In this document: positions 18,880-27,593 of the stretch, one piece after another
Layout: the number at the start of each line of letters is the position of its first letter
Position numbering within the stretch: position 1 is the first letter of the stretch
Assembly (NCBI GenBank): GCA_937912975.1
Contig: CALEOS010001295.1
Location: 1 to 36,468, forward strand
Origin: an uncultured Lewinella sp.
GTDB taxonomy: Bacteria; Bacteroidota; Bacteroidia; Chitinophagales; Saprospiraceae
Direction: 5' to 3'
DNA length: 36,468 nt
Made by a program: the position numbers and the translations under genes
The notes under the pieces: model-generated
The model's database searches: none
What the model was told of the DNA's origin: nothing
The model's input: the letters and a program-made list of their open reading frames with translations, nothing else

Positions 18880-18885
18880 GAGGTT

Positions 18886-18950
18886 AAGAGGTGAAAGGGT
18901 GAAGAAATGAAGCAGTGTTTTTCATTTACCTCTTCACCCTTTCACCTCTT
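18886..18950. terminator. Long hairpin between the convergent ABC permease and DUF2911 genes
   Basis: aagaggtgaaagggtgaaga pairs with tcttcaccctttcacctctt (20 bp), and aatgaa pairs with ttcatt (6 bp). A 4-nt bulge (tacc) and a 9-nt loop complete the structure. The 5' arm has no C. Confidence 0.6.
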
Positions 18951-18956
18951 CACTTC

Positions 18957-19505
18957 TTATTCAAAAGGCACCGCCACTTTCGTCTTCTCCCAGCTCAACA
19001 CCAAAGCAGGGCTCCCACTGTCCTGCAAGGCGATCGTAAATAGCTCTTGCGTATCGTTTAGGGCTTGGGTCGGAACCTTAACTTGCAGCACATCGGCAGC
19101 TGCGTCACGGCTCGCCTTGCCATCAAAACCAACACCCCAACCATACTCCTTTTCATTGAAAATGACGGTCCAGCTATCTTTATTGGGAATGGTCCAGAGC
19201 GTATAGCTGCCTGCGGCTAGTGTTTTACCGTCGATCGTCAAGTCTGTAGTGGTCGTAAAAGTAGTAGCTTCATTGGCTCCTGTTCGCCAAACCTCTCCGT
19301 AGGGAATGAGCCCTCCGAATATTTCCCTCCCTTTGACTGAAGGCTGATTGTAGAAAACACTAACCTTTGTATCACCATCTACATATTCCACCGTATCTTC
19401 CGGGCTGTGCTTTTTGGTTTGCGATTGTAGCACCTGAAAGGCGATGAATAAAATGACAGCTAGTGAGGCGATGACAATACCTGCCCATTTCAAAAACTTT
19501 TTCAT
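18957..19505 (-). CDS. DUF2911 domain-containing protein
   Basis: N-terminal TM or signal anchor, then SP.DTVEY....KVSVFYNQPSVKGREIFGGLIPYGEVWRTGANEATTFT...IDGKTLAAGSYTLWTIP. This matches my memory of the DUF2911 signature. Confidence 0.85.
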   Translation of the reverse strand: MKKFLKWAGIVIASLAVILFIAFQVLQSQTKKHSPEDTVEYVDGDTKVSVFYNQPSVKGREIFGGLIPYGEVWRTGANEATTFTTTTDLTIDGKTLAAGSYTLWTIPNKDSWTVIFNEKEYGWGVGFDGKASRDAAADVLQVKVPTQALNDTQELFTIALQDSGSPALVLSWEKTKVAVPFE

Positions 19506-19691
19506 ATTGATTGTATTTTTAAATAAGTACTGTAAATACAGAAGGGAGTATTTAATCTTACAAATGAGAAGGCCGAAAGTTTACCTACGGATACCGCTTG
19601 CTCCAGTTTTAGTTCATCTATCAGAGATCGTTTGTCTGTCTTTGACCTTCAAATGAATAACGAGCCGCAATACCGGGATAAAGTCTACTGA

Positions 19692-20585
19692 ATGAAGAAC
19701 ATCTTGTACTTATTGATCGCTACTGCCACTTGGGGGCTCAATTTTTTCTTGGCCAAAGTGATGATGGAGAGTAGTTCTGCGATTGTTGCTGGCTTTTGGC
19801 GATATGTAATAGCTGTTCTGGTGTTAGGTTTGTTGCTGTGGGGGAAACTTCCGACTTGGAGAGAGATTCGACAGCAATCGAAAGCCTTAATATTGGTGGG
19901 TGTTGGCGGAATATTTGTCTTCAATTATTGTTTTTTTGTAGGCCTTGAGCACACCTCTGCGATCAATGCGGCTCTGATTATGAGCCTCAACCCCGCGCTA
20001 ACACTTATTCTAAACCGGATTTTCTATAAGAGCCCGATATCCAATTGGCATATTGTAGGAATACTGATTGCCCTATTGGGGGTTACTCTTCTGATAACGA
20101 AGGGACAGATGGGTAATATTGGAGCGTTTAAGATGGGGAGCGGCGATATTTACCTATGGTTGGCTAATCTAGCGTTTGCTTTTTATCATTTGGGGGTTAA
20201 ACAGTATGGGAGCAGGATGCAGAACTTACAATTTACCTTCTTTATTACCGTAGTTTGCTGCTTTTGTTTTTTACTTATTATCCAACCGTTTACTTGGTCT
20301 ACGATTTGGGACTATCCCGCCATATTCTGGTATGCCGCCTTGGGGATGGGGGGGCCAGGCACTGCGCTAGCTTATTTTTCCTGGAACCGAGGTGTCGCAG
20401 GTATGGGGATAGGGAAAGCCGCTATTTTTATGAACACAGTGCCCCTGTTTACTTCCATTTTTGCTGTTCTTTTCGGAACAACTTTAGCGTACTATCATTT
20501 GTGGAGTGGACTATTGATTCTCTTGGGGCTAGTCGTTATTCAATTGCAGCAACTTCAATACCTGCCAGGATCTAAGCATACATAG
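19692..20585 (+). CDS. EamA/DMT-family transporter (10 TM)
   Basis: 297 aa, highly hydrophobic, with a duplicated 5-TM EamA architecture (ATATWGLNFFLAKV..., ...ALAYFSWNRGV). Confidence 0.85.
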   Translation: MKNILYLLIATATWGLNFFLAKVMMESSSAIVAGFWRYVIAVLVLGLLLWGKLPTWREIRQQSKALILVGVGGIFVFNYCFFVGLEHTSAINAALIMSLNPALTLILNRIFYKSPISNWHIVGILIALLGVTLLITKGQMGNIGAFKMGSGDIYLWLANLAFAFYHLGVKQYGSRMQNLQFTFFITVVCCFCFLLIIQPFTWSTIWDYPAIFWYAALGMGGPGTALAYFSWNRGVAGMGIGKAAIFMNTVPLFTSIFAVLFGTTLAYYHLWSGLLILLGLVVIQLQQLQYLPGSKHT

Positions 20586-21663
20586 GATCTATTGCAAAGT
20601 TAGCCTCAGTGGACCTATTTAGGATCGGAAAACTAAGCTTGATCGAGGTGCCTTGACCCGGAACTGACTTTACAATCTTAATTTCTCCATCCATCTTTTC
20701 TAAAACCTTCCTAACGATAGCTAGACCGACTCCCGTTCCGGAATATTGTTGTCGACTGTGCAGGCGTTTGAAGAGATCGAAGACATAAGAATGATACGCT
20801 GCTTCAATACCAATCCCATTATCTGTGATGACAAATTCATGTGAATGGGACGAACAATAGTATTTGATGGCCACTGTTGGTTCATCACTATCATTATACA
20901 AGAAACCGTTTTCGAATAGATGCTTGAATACTAGAAAAAGAAGGTTCTCATTGCCAAAGATTTGAGGAAGACCGCCGTAGATGAGCTTACCATTTCGTTG
21001 TTGAATTATGTGATCCATATTGGTTTGCAGGCGGTTCATCACCAAGTCCATATCGATATTTTGCAACTTCAAAACCTGGTCTTGACTAATGTTATTGTAA
21101 ATCACCAAGTTATTAATGAGTAAATGCAATTGTTTACCACTACTGATGATATATTGGAAGTAATCTTGCAATTTTGAGTTAGGGGGAATTTCTTTGAGGG
21201 CCAAGTTAGAGAAACTAACGATATTCCTTATTGGCTCCTTTATATCGTGGGAAAGCAGGTGATTGAAATGGGTGAGTTCCTTGTTTAATTTTTTAATGGA
21301 TGCCGATGCTTCAATCTGATGCTGTGCTTCTTTACATTTAGTGATATCCTTGGCTATAATTATGTTCTTTTGATCAGTTGGACTAAGATGAGTTTGGCAG
21401 GAAATCCAGTGATAATGGCCCGACTTGTGTCGAATGCGCAATTCTGTAGGCGGCACCTCTTGAGAAATCTCATCGATGCTGTCTCCATAACGCAATTGAT
21501 CTTCTCGATCGAGCAGCTTGGAAAAGTATACTCCAGCAATGTCATCGCGTTGATATCCTAATCCATTTTCTGCTGAGGGGTTAATCAACTCGATCTTTCC
21601 TCTGGCAGAACAAATGAATATCATGTCAGAAGATAGTTCAAATATTCTAAGTAAACAGTTCAT
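20572..21663 (-). CDS. Cytoplasmic PAS-domain sensor histidine kinase, with no adjacent response regulator
   Basis: PAS segment: IFICSARGKIELINPSAENGLGYQRDDIAGVYF. H-box: LSHDIKEPIRNI. HATPase_c G-boxes: DNGIGI and GTGVGLAIVRKVLEKMDGEIKI. The 3' end overlaps the EamA gene 3' end by 14 nt. Confidence 0.9.
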   Translation of the reverse strand: MNCLLRIFELSSDMIFICSARGKIELINPSAENGLGYQRDDIAGVYFSKLLDREDQLRYGDSIDEISQEVPPTELRIRHKSGHYHWISCQTHLSPTDQKNIIIAKDITKCKEAQHQIEASASIKKLNKELTHFNHLLSHDIKEPIRNIVSFSNLALKEIPPNSKLQDYFQYIISSGKQLHLLINNLVIYNNISQDQVLKLQNIDMDLVMNRLQTNMDHIIQQRNGKLIYGGLPQIFGNENLLFLVFKHLFENGFLYNDSDEPTVAIKYYCSSHSHEFVITDNGIGIEAAYHSYVFDLFKRLHSRQQYSGTGVGLAIVRKVLEKMDGEIKIVKSVPGQGTSIKLSFPILNRSTEANFAIDPMYA

Positions 21664-21841
21664 GGTTTAATCGCTAAGCATTAGTGATTGCTTTCAAATA
21701 GATAGCATTTTTTAAGTCAATTGGGTGTGACAGCTATTTGTTAAAACCTTTTGCGCAGCAAAAAGCATTCTTATGCTATTGCCTAATTTGAGTGAAATAG
21801 GAATTGGGCTTATTAGGGTTTTACTAGTACTGGAATCTTTT

Positions 21842-21875
21842 CCCAGCCACTTATTTTGTTATAAAAGTGGCTGGG
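21842..21875. other. Isolated 11-bp stem-loop within a 566-bp non-coding region
   Basis: cccagccactt (21842-21852) pairs with aagtggctggg (21865-21875) across a 12-nt AT-rich loop. Confidence 0.4.
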
Positions 21876-22229
21876 CTAGATGTATGTTTAAATAAAAAAG
21901 GGAACGGTTGTCTATAGAATCATTACTGGTTCTATGTTATGGTCAAAGGTGCCGGTAATTAATATATGGATAAAGCGCAATTGTTCGTTTTTGTGACATG
22001 GCAAAGCAATTCTTTTTCCACTTTTGAGTTAGAGTTTATAGGTGAAAGACAAAAATTGTGTACATAAAGTCTGTTGCATAAAACAATTTCAATGTAGTTC
22101 CGTAGGACATAGAGACGGTTTCCGTTACTTTCCTATAAACCTTCATTCAAAGCAGGTCTTCTCTCTTTTCTTTTATAGCTACAGAATGGTCCCCTACACA
22201 GGCCTTTCTGGACTTACTAATTGCTCAAT

Positions 22230-23420
22230 ATGATGAAAAAAGGAAAAATTCGCTTGCTCGTTGACGCCCGAGTTTTGGAAGGAGAAGCACAAGGTAGTGC
22301 TACTTATCTCCGGGAATTGTACAGCGCTTTTATGGAAGCCTACAATGACGAATACACTTTATTCTTTGCAGGGGAAGACGAAAAAACAATCCGTGAGCAT
22401 TTTGAAGCTCATCACGATTTTACCTTTATTCCGCTCACGACTAGTGGTCGATTCAAACTGTATGGGCAGGTATTTCCTCGCCTCATCAGAGAATGGAAAA
22501 TAGATTGGGCGCATTTTCAGTACATGGTTCCCTTTGTGAGGAAGTGTAAATATATAGTCACAACTCATGATGTATTATTTTTGGACTTTCCACAGCAATT
22601 TCCTTGGACTTATCGCACCAGTAGGCGAATACTCTTTAAATTAGCTTTTTGGAATAGTGATGCAAAGATTACCGTTTCTGACTATTCCAAGCAGGCTATA
22701 GCCCGCCATTTCGGGGTCAAGGCTTCCGAGATTTATGTTACCCCCAATGCCGTACGACCACAGTATTTCGAGACCCATAATAAGGCTGTTATTCGCAAGG
22801 ATTTGGCCTCGCAGCATGGGATTGAAAACTTCGTTTTATATGTGAGTCGATTGGAACAACGGAAAAATCATCAGCTCTTAGTTGATGCTTTCGAACAATT
22901 GGATTTATACAAAAATTACCAGCTAGTCTTTGTAGGTAATAATTCGCTCAATGATACGGCATTGCAAGAAATGATTGATACCGCCTTGGTCAAATATCCA
23001 GGTCGATTTCATTGGTTCCGGCAAGTAGATGAGGTATTATTAATGCAATTGTACCGCGGTGCTAAAGCCTTCGTTTACCCTTCTCTCGCCGAGGGATTCG
23101 GTATCCCCCCTTTGGAAGCCGCAGCCTGTCTGCTTCCTACACTGTGTGCACGAAATACCGCCATGTCAGATTTTACTTTTTTTGGAGAATACTTGTTTGA
23201 TGCGGCACAACCCAAGGCGTTTTATACTCAACTCGAGCAACTATTGGAGTCACCACTTTCGGACGAAAAGCTCCAGGATATAGCGCAGCAGATCAAAGAA
23301 AAGTACAGTTGGCAGTATTCAGCTAGAGTAGTACATGAAGCGATTCAAGGAAACAAACCTAGTGAAAAGATACAAGAGGATAAAAAGATAGGGCTTCCTA
23401 AAAAAGCAGTTTCCAGATAA
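22230..23420 (+). CDS. Glycosyltransferase family 4 (GT-B fold)
   Basis: The C-terminal Glycos_transf_1 signature is FVYPSLAEGFGIPPLEAAACLLPTLCA. The ORF-track start at 22221 is a TTG, so I use the ATG at 22230 (MMKKGKIRLLVDARVL). Confidence 0.88.
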   Translation: MMKKGKIRLLVDARVLEGEAQGSATYLRELYSAFMEAYNDEYTLFFAGEDEKTIREHFEAHHDFTFIPLTTSGRFKLYGQVFPRLIREWKIDWAHFQYMVPFVRKCKYIVTTHDVLFLDFPQQFPWTYRTSRRILFKLAFWNSDAKITVSDYSKQAIARHFGVKASEIYVTPNAVRPQYFETHNKAVIRKDLASQHGIENFVLYVSRLEQRKNHQLLVDAFEQLDLYKNYQLVFVGNNSLNDTALQEMIDTALVKYPGRFHWFRQVDEVLLMQLYRGAKAFVYPSLAEGFGIPPLEAAACLLPTLCARNTAMSDFTFFGEYLFDAAQPKAFYTQLEQLLESPLSDEKLQDIAQQIKEKYSWQYSARVVHEAIQGNKPSEKIQEDKKIGLPKKAVSR

Positions 23421-23457
23421 GAAAGTATCGCAAGGAGCTTGAAGACCAACAGCTTAT

Positions 23458-23640
23458 TAGCGTGAATCCTTGCGGTGTATCCAAATCATTGATGATTACA
23501 TCTTCAATCGCTGAGCCACCCAGCTTGGCTAGTTGTATCTTGTCTGTCAGCCAATCCGTCCAGTAGATCTTACCATTTTCCAGCGCTAAGCTCACTCCTT
23601 AGGCTTTCACCAAGTTGCCAAATAGCTTGAGAATGCAGAT
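23458..23640 (-). pseudogene. Relic of a YWTD (LDL-receptor class B) beta-propeller repeat protein, interrupted by an in-frame TAA
   Basis: The minus-strand translation reads ...ICILKLFGNLVKA*GVSLALENGKIYWTDWLTDKIQLAKLGGSAIEDVIINDLDTPQGFTL. It fits the YWTD blade pattern (G.a.d...g.iYWTD....I..a.l.Gs.....i...l..P.G). Only one blade is present, and the TAA stop lies at 23599-23601. Confidence 0.55.
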
Positions 23641-23793
23641 TTGGTAGGCAGGTTTTCTGGCATATCCGCTTTCGTTTCTATATTTCTGACCTTCCATGGC
23701 GCAATTGTCAGAGAACCTATTAATTTTGAACACTCTCGTTGGGTTACCCAAACGGCTCAGCAACTTCCTTTAAAATAACTTCTATACCTAAAG

Positions 23794-24408
23794 ATGACGT
23801 ATCCTCGACTCGGGCCTTCTTTTTATCAAAACACAGATGTAGTGGCTGTGGCCCAATCCCTGCTAGGTAAGTACCTGGTATCGAATATCGATGGGGAACA
23901 TTGTAGTGGACTCATCACAGAAGTGGAAGCGTATCGGGCACCAGATGATAAAGCCTGTCATGCTTATAACAATCGCCGTACCAAGCGCACGGAGATCATG
24001 TTTTGGCGTGGTGGGGTCGCCTATGTCTATTTATGTTATGGAATTCACCACCTATTTAATGTAGTGACAGGTGACGAGGACATGGCCCATGCCGTCTTAA
24101 TAAGAGCTATTGAAGCCAAGGAAGGCCTTCCTGTTATGGAACAAAGACGAGGGATAGCCCGGGAAAAACCACAATTAACGGCTGGTCCTGGCGTTATGTC
24201 TAAAGCAATGGGCATCACTACGGCTTATACGGGCCATAGTTTAGTCAAGCCCGATAGCTCCATATGGATTGAAGATCGCGGGGAAGAATGGCCGGGCAAC
24301 GAGATAGTAAGCAGCCCTAGAATTGGGGTAGGTTATGCAGCTGAATGTGCTGCCTGGCCCTGGCGCTTTTATATGGGAAACACTAAATGGGTGAGTAAAT
24401 TAAGGTAA
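23794..24408 (+). CDS. DNA-3-methyladenine (alkylpurine) glycosylase, MPG/AAG family
   Basis: FY..DVV.VAQSLLGKYLV...SGLITEVEAYRAPDDKACHAY.NRRT.RTEIMF..GGVAYVYLCYGIHHLFNVV is characteristic of methylpurine-DNA glycosylase. Confidence 0.88.
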   Translation: MTYPRLGPSFYQNTDVVAVAQSLLGKYLVSNIDGEHCSGLITEVEAYRAPDDKACHAYNNRRTKRTEIMFWRGGVAYVYLCYGIHHLFNVVTGDEDMAHAVLIRAIEAKEGLPVMEQRRGIAREKPQLTAGPGVMSKAMGITTAYTGHSLVKPDSSIWIEDRGEEWPGNEIVSSPRIGVGYAAECAAWPWRFYMGNTKWVSKLR

Positions 24409-24469
24409 ACCGTTTTTTACCCTATACACAAAATACAACCAACAGGTATCCACGAATAATTGTAGAAAA

Positions 24470-25759
24470 ATGAAAAGACTACTTGGACTATTATCCGCTT
24501 TTTTTCCATTACTGCTTACGGCACAATACGCCGATGACAATCTCTTGTACATTGATCATGTGTATGTAGACAATATAAAAACAGTGCAACTCAATGTGGC
24601 GAATCTGCCACTGAGTGTCCCCGTTGTTAACCTGGAATCTCGCATCCCATTGATGTTATCCTTTGATGACCTGGACGGAGAAGTGAAAAACTACATTTAC
24701 ACCGTACAACATTGCGACATCAATTGGGAACCTTCCAATCTATCAGATGTGGAATACCTAGATGGTTATATGGATGATGATATAGATGAGTACAGTTTTA
24801 GTTTCAAGACCAATCAGGCTTTTGTGCATTATGAGTTGCTCTTACCGAATGATGATTTCCAGTGGACTAAATCCGGTAATTATTTATTAAAGGTTTATGA
24901 AGACGAAGATGAGCAAAAGCTAGCATTGACTCGTCGTTTTGTAGTGGTGGATCCCAAGGTGAGTATCGATTCTAGGGTAGTAATACCTGCTATGGTGAGT
25001 AAATCTAAGTCGCATCAAGAGATTGACTTTTCGGTGGATTATGAAAAGTTTCCCATGCGGAGCCCTCAGCAAGAGATCAAAGCCGTGGTGATGCAGAATG
25101 GGCGTTGGGATAATGCGGTGACTGATCTTTCACCTAACTTCACTCGCCTGAATTCGGTCGTATTTGATTACCAAGATAAGGTGCTTTTTCCGGCAGGTAA
25201 GGAATTTCGCTTTGCCGATCTTCGTAGCTTTCGCTTTGGAACGCCTAGTATTGCCATTGTAGAAGAAGTTAATGGCACCTATGAGGTCGCTTTAAAAATA
25301 GAAGAGAAACGTTCGAATAAGCATTACATTAGTTGGGATGATTTTGGAGGGAGTTTTATTATCGAAACCCGTGATCAGCGGAATAATGCACTTTCTTCAG
25401 ACTATGGAAATATCTTCTTTTCTTTGAAGGTAACGGCCCCGTTGTATGAAGAGGAGGTGTATATTTTGGGCGGGATAACGGATTGGCAATTGAAAGAAGA
25501 GTTTAAGATGATTTATAATCCGGCCGTCAATGCCTATGTCGGAAAGGCTTACCTCAAGCAAGGGGTTTATGATTTTATGTATGTGACGGTGCCTCGAGAC
25601 CCTGCTAAGCGTGAAAAGGCGATGCCTGATCTTGCAGAACTGGAAGGCAACTGGTTTGAAACCAATAATAATTATACGATACTCATCTATTTTAAGCCCT
25701 TCGGAGAGCGATATTACCAGGTAATCAGTGCTAGTACTTTTAGTTCTTCTGCTCGGTAG
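24470..25759 (+). CDS. DUF5103-family protein (T9SS plug-protein-like)
   Basis: Signal peptide. IKTVQL...PLSVPVVNLESRIPLMLSFDDLDGEVKNYIYTVQHCDINWEPSNLSDVEYLDGY...SGNYLLKVYED matches my memory of the DUF5103 / T9SS_plug_1st N-terminal domain. The family call is from memory. Confidence 0.65.
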   Translation: MKRLLGLLSAFFPLLLTAQYADDNLLYIDHVYVDNIKTVQLNVANLPLSVPVVNLESRIPLMLSFDDLDGEVKNYIYTVQHCDINWEPSNLSDVEYLDGYMDDDIDEYSFSFKTNQAFVHYELLLPNDDFQWTKSGNYLLKVYEDEDEQKLALTRRFVVVDPKVSIDSRVVIPAMVSKSKSHQEIDFSVDYEKFPMRSPQQEIKAVVMQNGRWDNAVTDLSPNFTRLNSVVFDYQDKVLFPAGKEFRFADLRSFRFGTPSIAIVEEVNGTYEVALKIEEKRSNKHYISWDDFGGSFIIETRDQRNNALSSDYGNIFFSLKVTAPLYEEEVYILGGITDWQLKEEFKMIYNPAVNAYVGKAYLKQGVYDFMYVTVPRDPAKREKAMPDLAELEGNWFETNNNYTILIYFKPFGERYYQVISASTFSSSAR

Positions 25760-25796
25760 AGGCTACACTCTTATTGGTTTTTGAGCATACTCTAGG

Positions 25797-25832
25797 GTGA
25801 AAAAGGAGGGCCATTAAGCGCTCCTTTTTCAC
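25797..25832 (+). terminator. Hairpin terminator downstream of the DUF5103 gene
   Basis: A perfect 12-bp stem: gtgaaaaaggag pairs with ctcctttttcac across a 12-nt loop. The 5' arm has no C. A U-run sits inside the 3' arm. Confidence 0.6.
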
Positions 25833-26060
25833 TTAGCGGCTAACTGCTGCAGCTTTTCTATTGGCTGTTGCAGGTGTTCCTACCTACCCTATATTCTCAG
25901 CAAGGAAACGCTGTTCTTCCTCTTTTTCGATCCTCCAATCGAAAAATACTCTCCTCGCTAAAAAAACTCCTTTTATCCATGATATGTAGAGATTGATATA
26001 AATAATTCAGCCAACCGTAGGTACTTTACTACTATTGTGCAACCACATAAATAGCTTACG

Positions 26061-26068
26061 TAGATTTG
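26061..26068 (+). promoter_or_regulatory. TAnnTTTG box (TAGATTTG), a candidate -7 promoter element for the TolC/adaptor operon
   Basis: Exact consensus match 46 nt upstream of the ATG at 26114. A TTG lies at 26035-26037, in an approximate -33 position. Confidence 0.35.
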
Positions 26069-26113
26069 ACACTCAATTCTAATTATGTTATCAAAAGCCT
26101 TAAAATCTACAAC

Positions 26114-27439
26114 ATGAAAAAGATTTTGACCCTGCTGTTCCTTTTGTCTTGTTCTGTAATCATGCTCCAAGCCCAAGAAGTTTGGTCTTTGGAAAAATGC
26201 GTAAATCACGCTCGCCAGAACAGTTTGAACGTAAAGCAGGCACAATATGGAATATTGGATTCTGAGCTAGCTAATAAACAAGCTCGAATGAATCGCCTCC
26301 CCAACCTAAGTGCCAGTATTAGAGGAGGGTACCAGTTTGGTCGAACCATTGACCCTACCACCAATGAATTTAAGAATGAAAGTATTGGTTTCAATGGTTT
26401 CGGTGTCGATGCAGGTGTAACGCTCTTCGCTGGAAATACCATTAATAACTCCATCAAGCAAAGTAAGTTTGATGTGGAGGCCGCCAAATTAGATGCTGCT
26501 GCCGCATCCAATGATATTGCTTTGCAAGTAGCTTCTTCTTATCTCTCTATTTTATTAGCAGAAGAGCAGTTGGAGAATGCCGAAGTGCGCATACAATTGT
26601 CAGAAGCTCAGTTGGCACAAACGGATAAGCTCATTCAAGCGGGTTCTTTACCTTCGAATGATCGACTCGATTTTGTAGCCCAAATCGCAAGAGAGCAACA
26701 GGCCATTATCGAGGCAGACAACTTGGTGAATATCAACTACCTTACACTCAAGCAATTATTGGAGCTAGATCCTAATATCGATCTCCGTATTGTACGCCCA
26801 GAAGTACTCGTTCCAGAAGCCAACCCTAATGCTTTTACCTTAACAGATGTATACAATACAGCCTTGAGTAGCCAGCCACAAATTGCAGCAGGTGAAATGA
26901 GAATCAAGAGTGCAGAATTGGGTGAGCGATTAGCTTACGGCCAAGGTTTTCCTACGCTTTCCGCTTTTGCCGGATTGAGTAGTAACTATTCTTCACTAGC
27001 ACGAGATTTCTTGAGTTATTCTGAGCAAATTGAACAGAACTTCGGACAGTATGCTCAGCTCAGCCTCAACATACCCATTTATAGTAACCATAGGAATAGA
27101 GTAGGATTGGACCGAGCACGATTGAATTCACTCAATGTTGAAGTTCAAAACAAGCAGGCCAAGAACTTACTCAAAACCAATGTACAACGATCAATCGCTG
27201 ATGCTCGAGCTGCCAAAGAATCTTTTGCAGCAGCCCAGCGCTCGGAAGAAGCGGCAAATGCTGCCTATCTCAATGCACAGCGACGGTTTGAATTAGGAGC
27301 GATCAACTCCTTAGAGTTTACTACTGCATCCAATAATTTGAACCAAGCCAAGGTATCCTTGATACAGGCTAAGTACCAATACTTATTCAATCTGAAAGTA
27401 GTGGATTTCTATATGGGGAAAACCATTAAGATAGATTAA
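26114..27439 (+). CDS. TolC-family outer-membrane efflux protein
   Basis: Signal peptide MKKILTLLFLLSCSVIMLQAQ. Two OEP repeats are present, with the typical LEKCVNHARQNSLNVKQAQ start and a ...YQYLFNLKVVDFYMG end. The ORF-track start at 26066 is a TTG, so I use the ATG at 26114. Confidence 0.9.
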   Translation: MKKILTLLFLLSCSVIMLQAQEVWSLEKCVNHARQNSLNVKQAQYGILDSELANKQARMNRLPNLSASIRGGYQFGRTIDPTTNEFKNESIGFNGFGVDAGVTLFAGNTINNSIKQSKFDVEAAKLDAAAASNDIALQVASSYLSILLAEEQLENAEVRIQLSEAQLAQTDKLIQAGSLPSNDRLDFVAQIAREQQAIIEADNLVNINYLTLKQLLELDPNIDLRIVRPEVLVPEANPNAFTLTDVYNTALSSQPQIAAGEMRIKSAELGERLAYGQGFPTLSAFAGLSSNYSSLARDFLSYSEQIEQNFGQYAQLSLNIPIYSNHRNRVGLDRARLNSLNVEVQNKQAKNLLKTNVQRSIADARAAKESFAAAQRSEEAANAAYLNAQRRFELGAINSLEFTTASNNLNQAKVSLIQAKYQYLFNLKVVDFYMGKTIKID

Positions 27440-27506
27440 ATCAATAGTATAATATACACACACTCGATTGTAGGACTAAGCTATGATAGAGCAGTAGTTT
27501 GCGCAC

Positions 27507-27528
27507 TTCATTTCCCGCTGGAAATGAA
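27507..27528. other. Small stem-loop in the TolC-adaptor intergenic spacer
   Basis: ttcatttcc-cgct-ggaaatgaa gives a 9-bp stem with a tetraloop. The pyrimidine arm comes first, the opposite polarity to the 3'-end hairpin family. Confidence 0.4.
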
Positions 27529-27593
27529 ACATAGGCTACGCTAAGATCAGCGAGAGTCTGCATGTAGAGAACATCTTTAAATTTTTAACTCTC

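Noticed and set aside
18907-19206. A 99-aa plus-strand ORF
   Set aside because: It begins inside the terminator hairpin and lies antisense to the well-supported DUF2911 gene.
20255-20575. A 106-aa alternative-frame ORF inside the EamA gene
   Set aside because: It is a same-strand shadow frame. The EamA frame gives the coherent 10-TM protein.
22042-22233. A 63-aa ORF upstream of the GT4 gene
   Set aside because: It has a non-ATG start, a Cys/His-rich random-looking sequence, and overlaps the GT4 start. Nothing supports it.
25973-26245. A 90-aa minus-strand ORF overlapping the TolC start
   Set aside because: It lies antisense to the TolC signal-peptide region and promoter, and has no motif.
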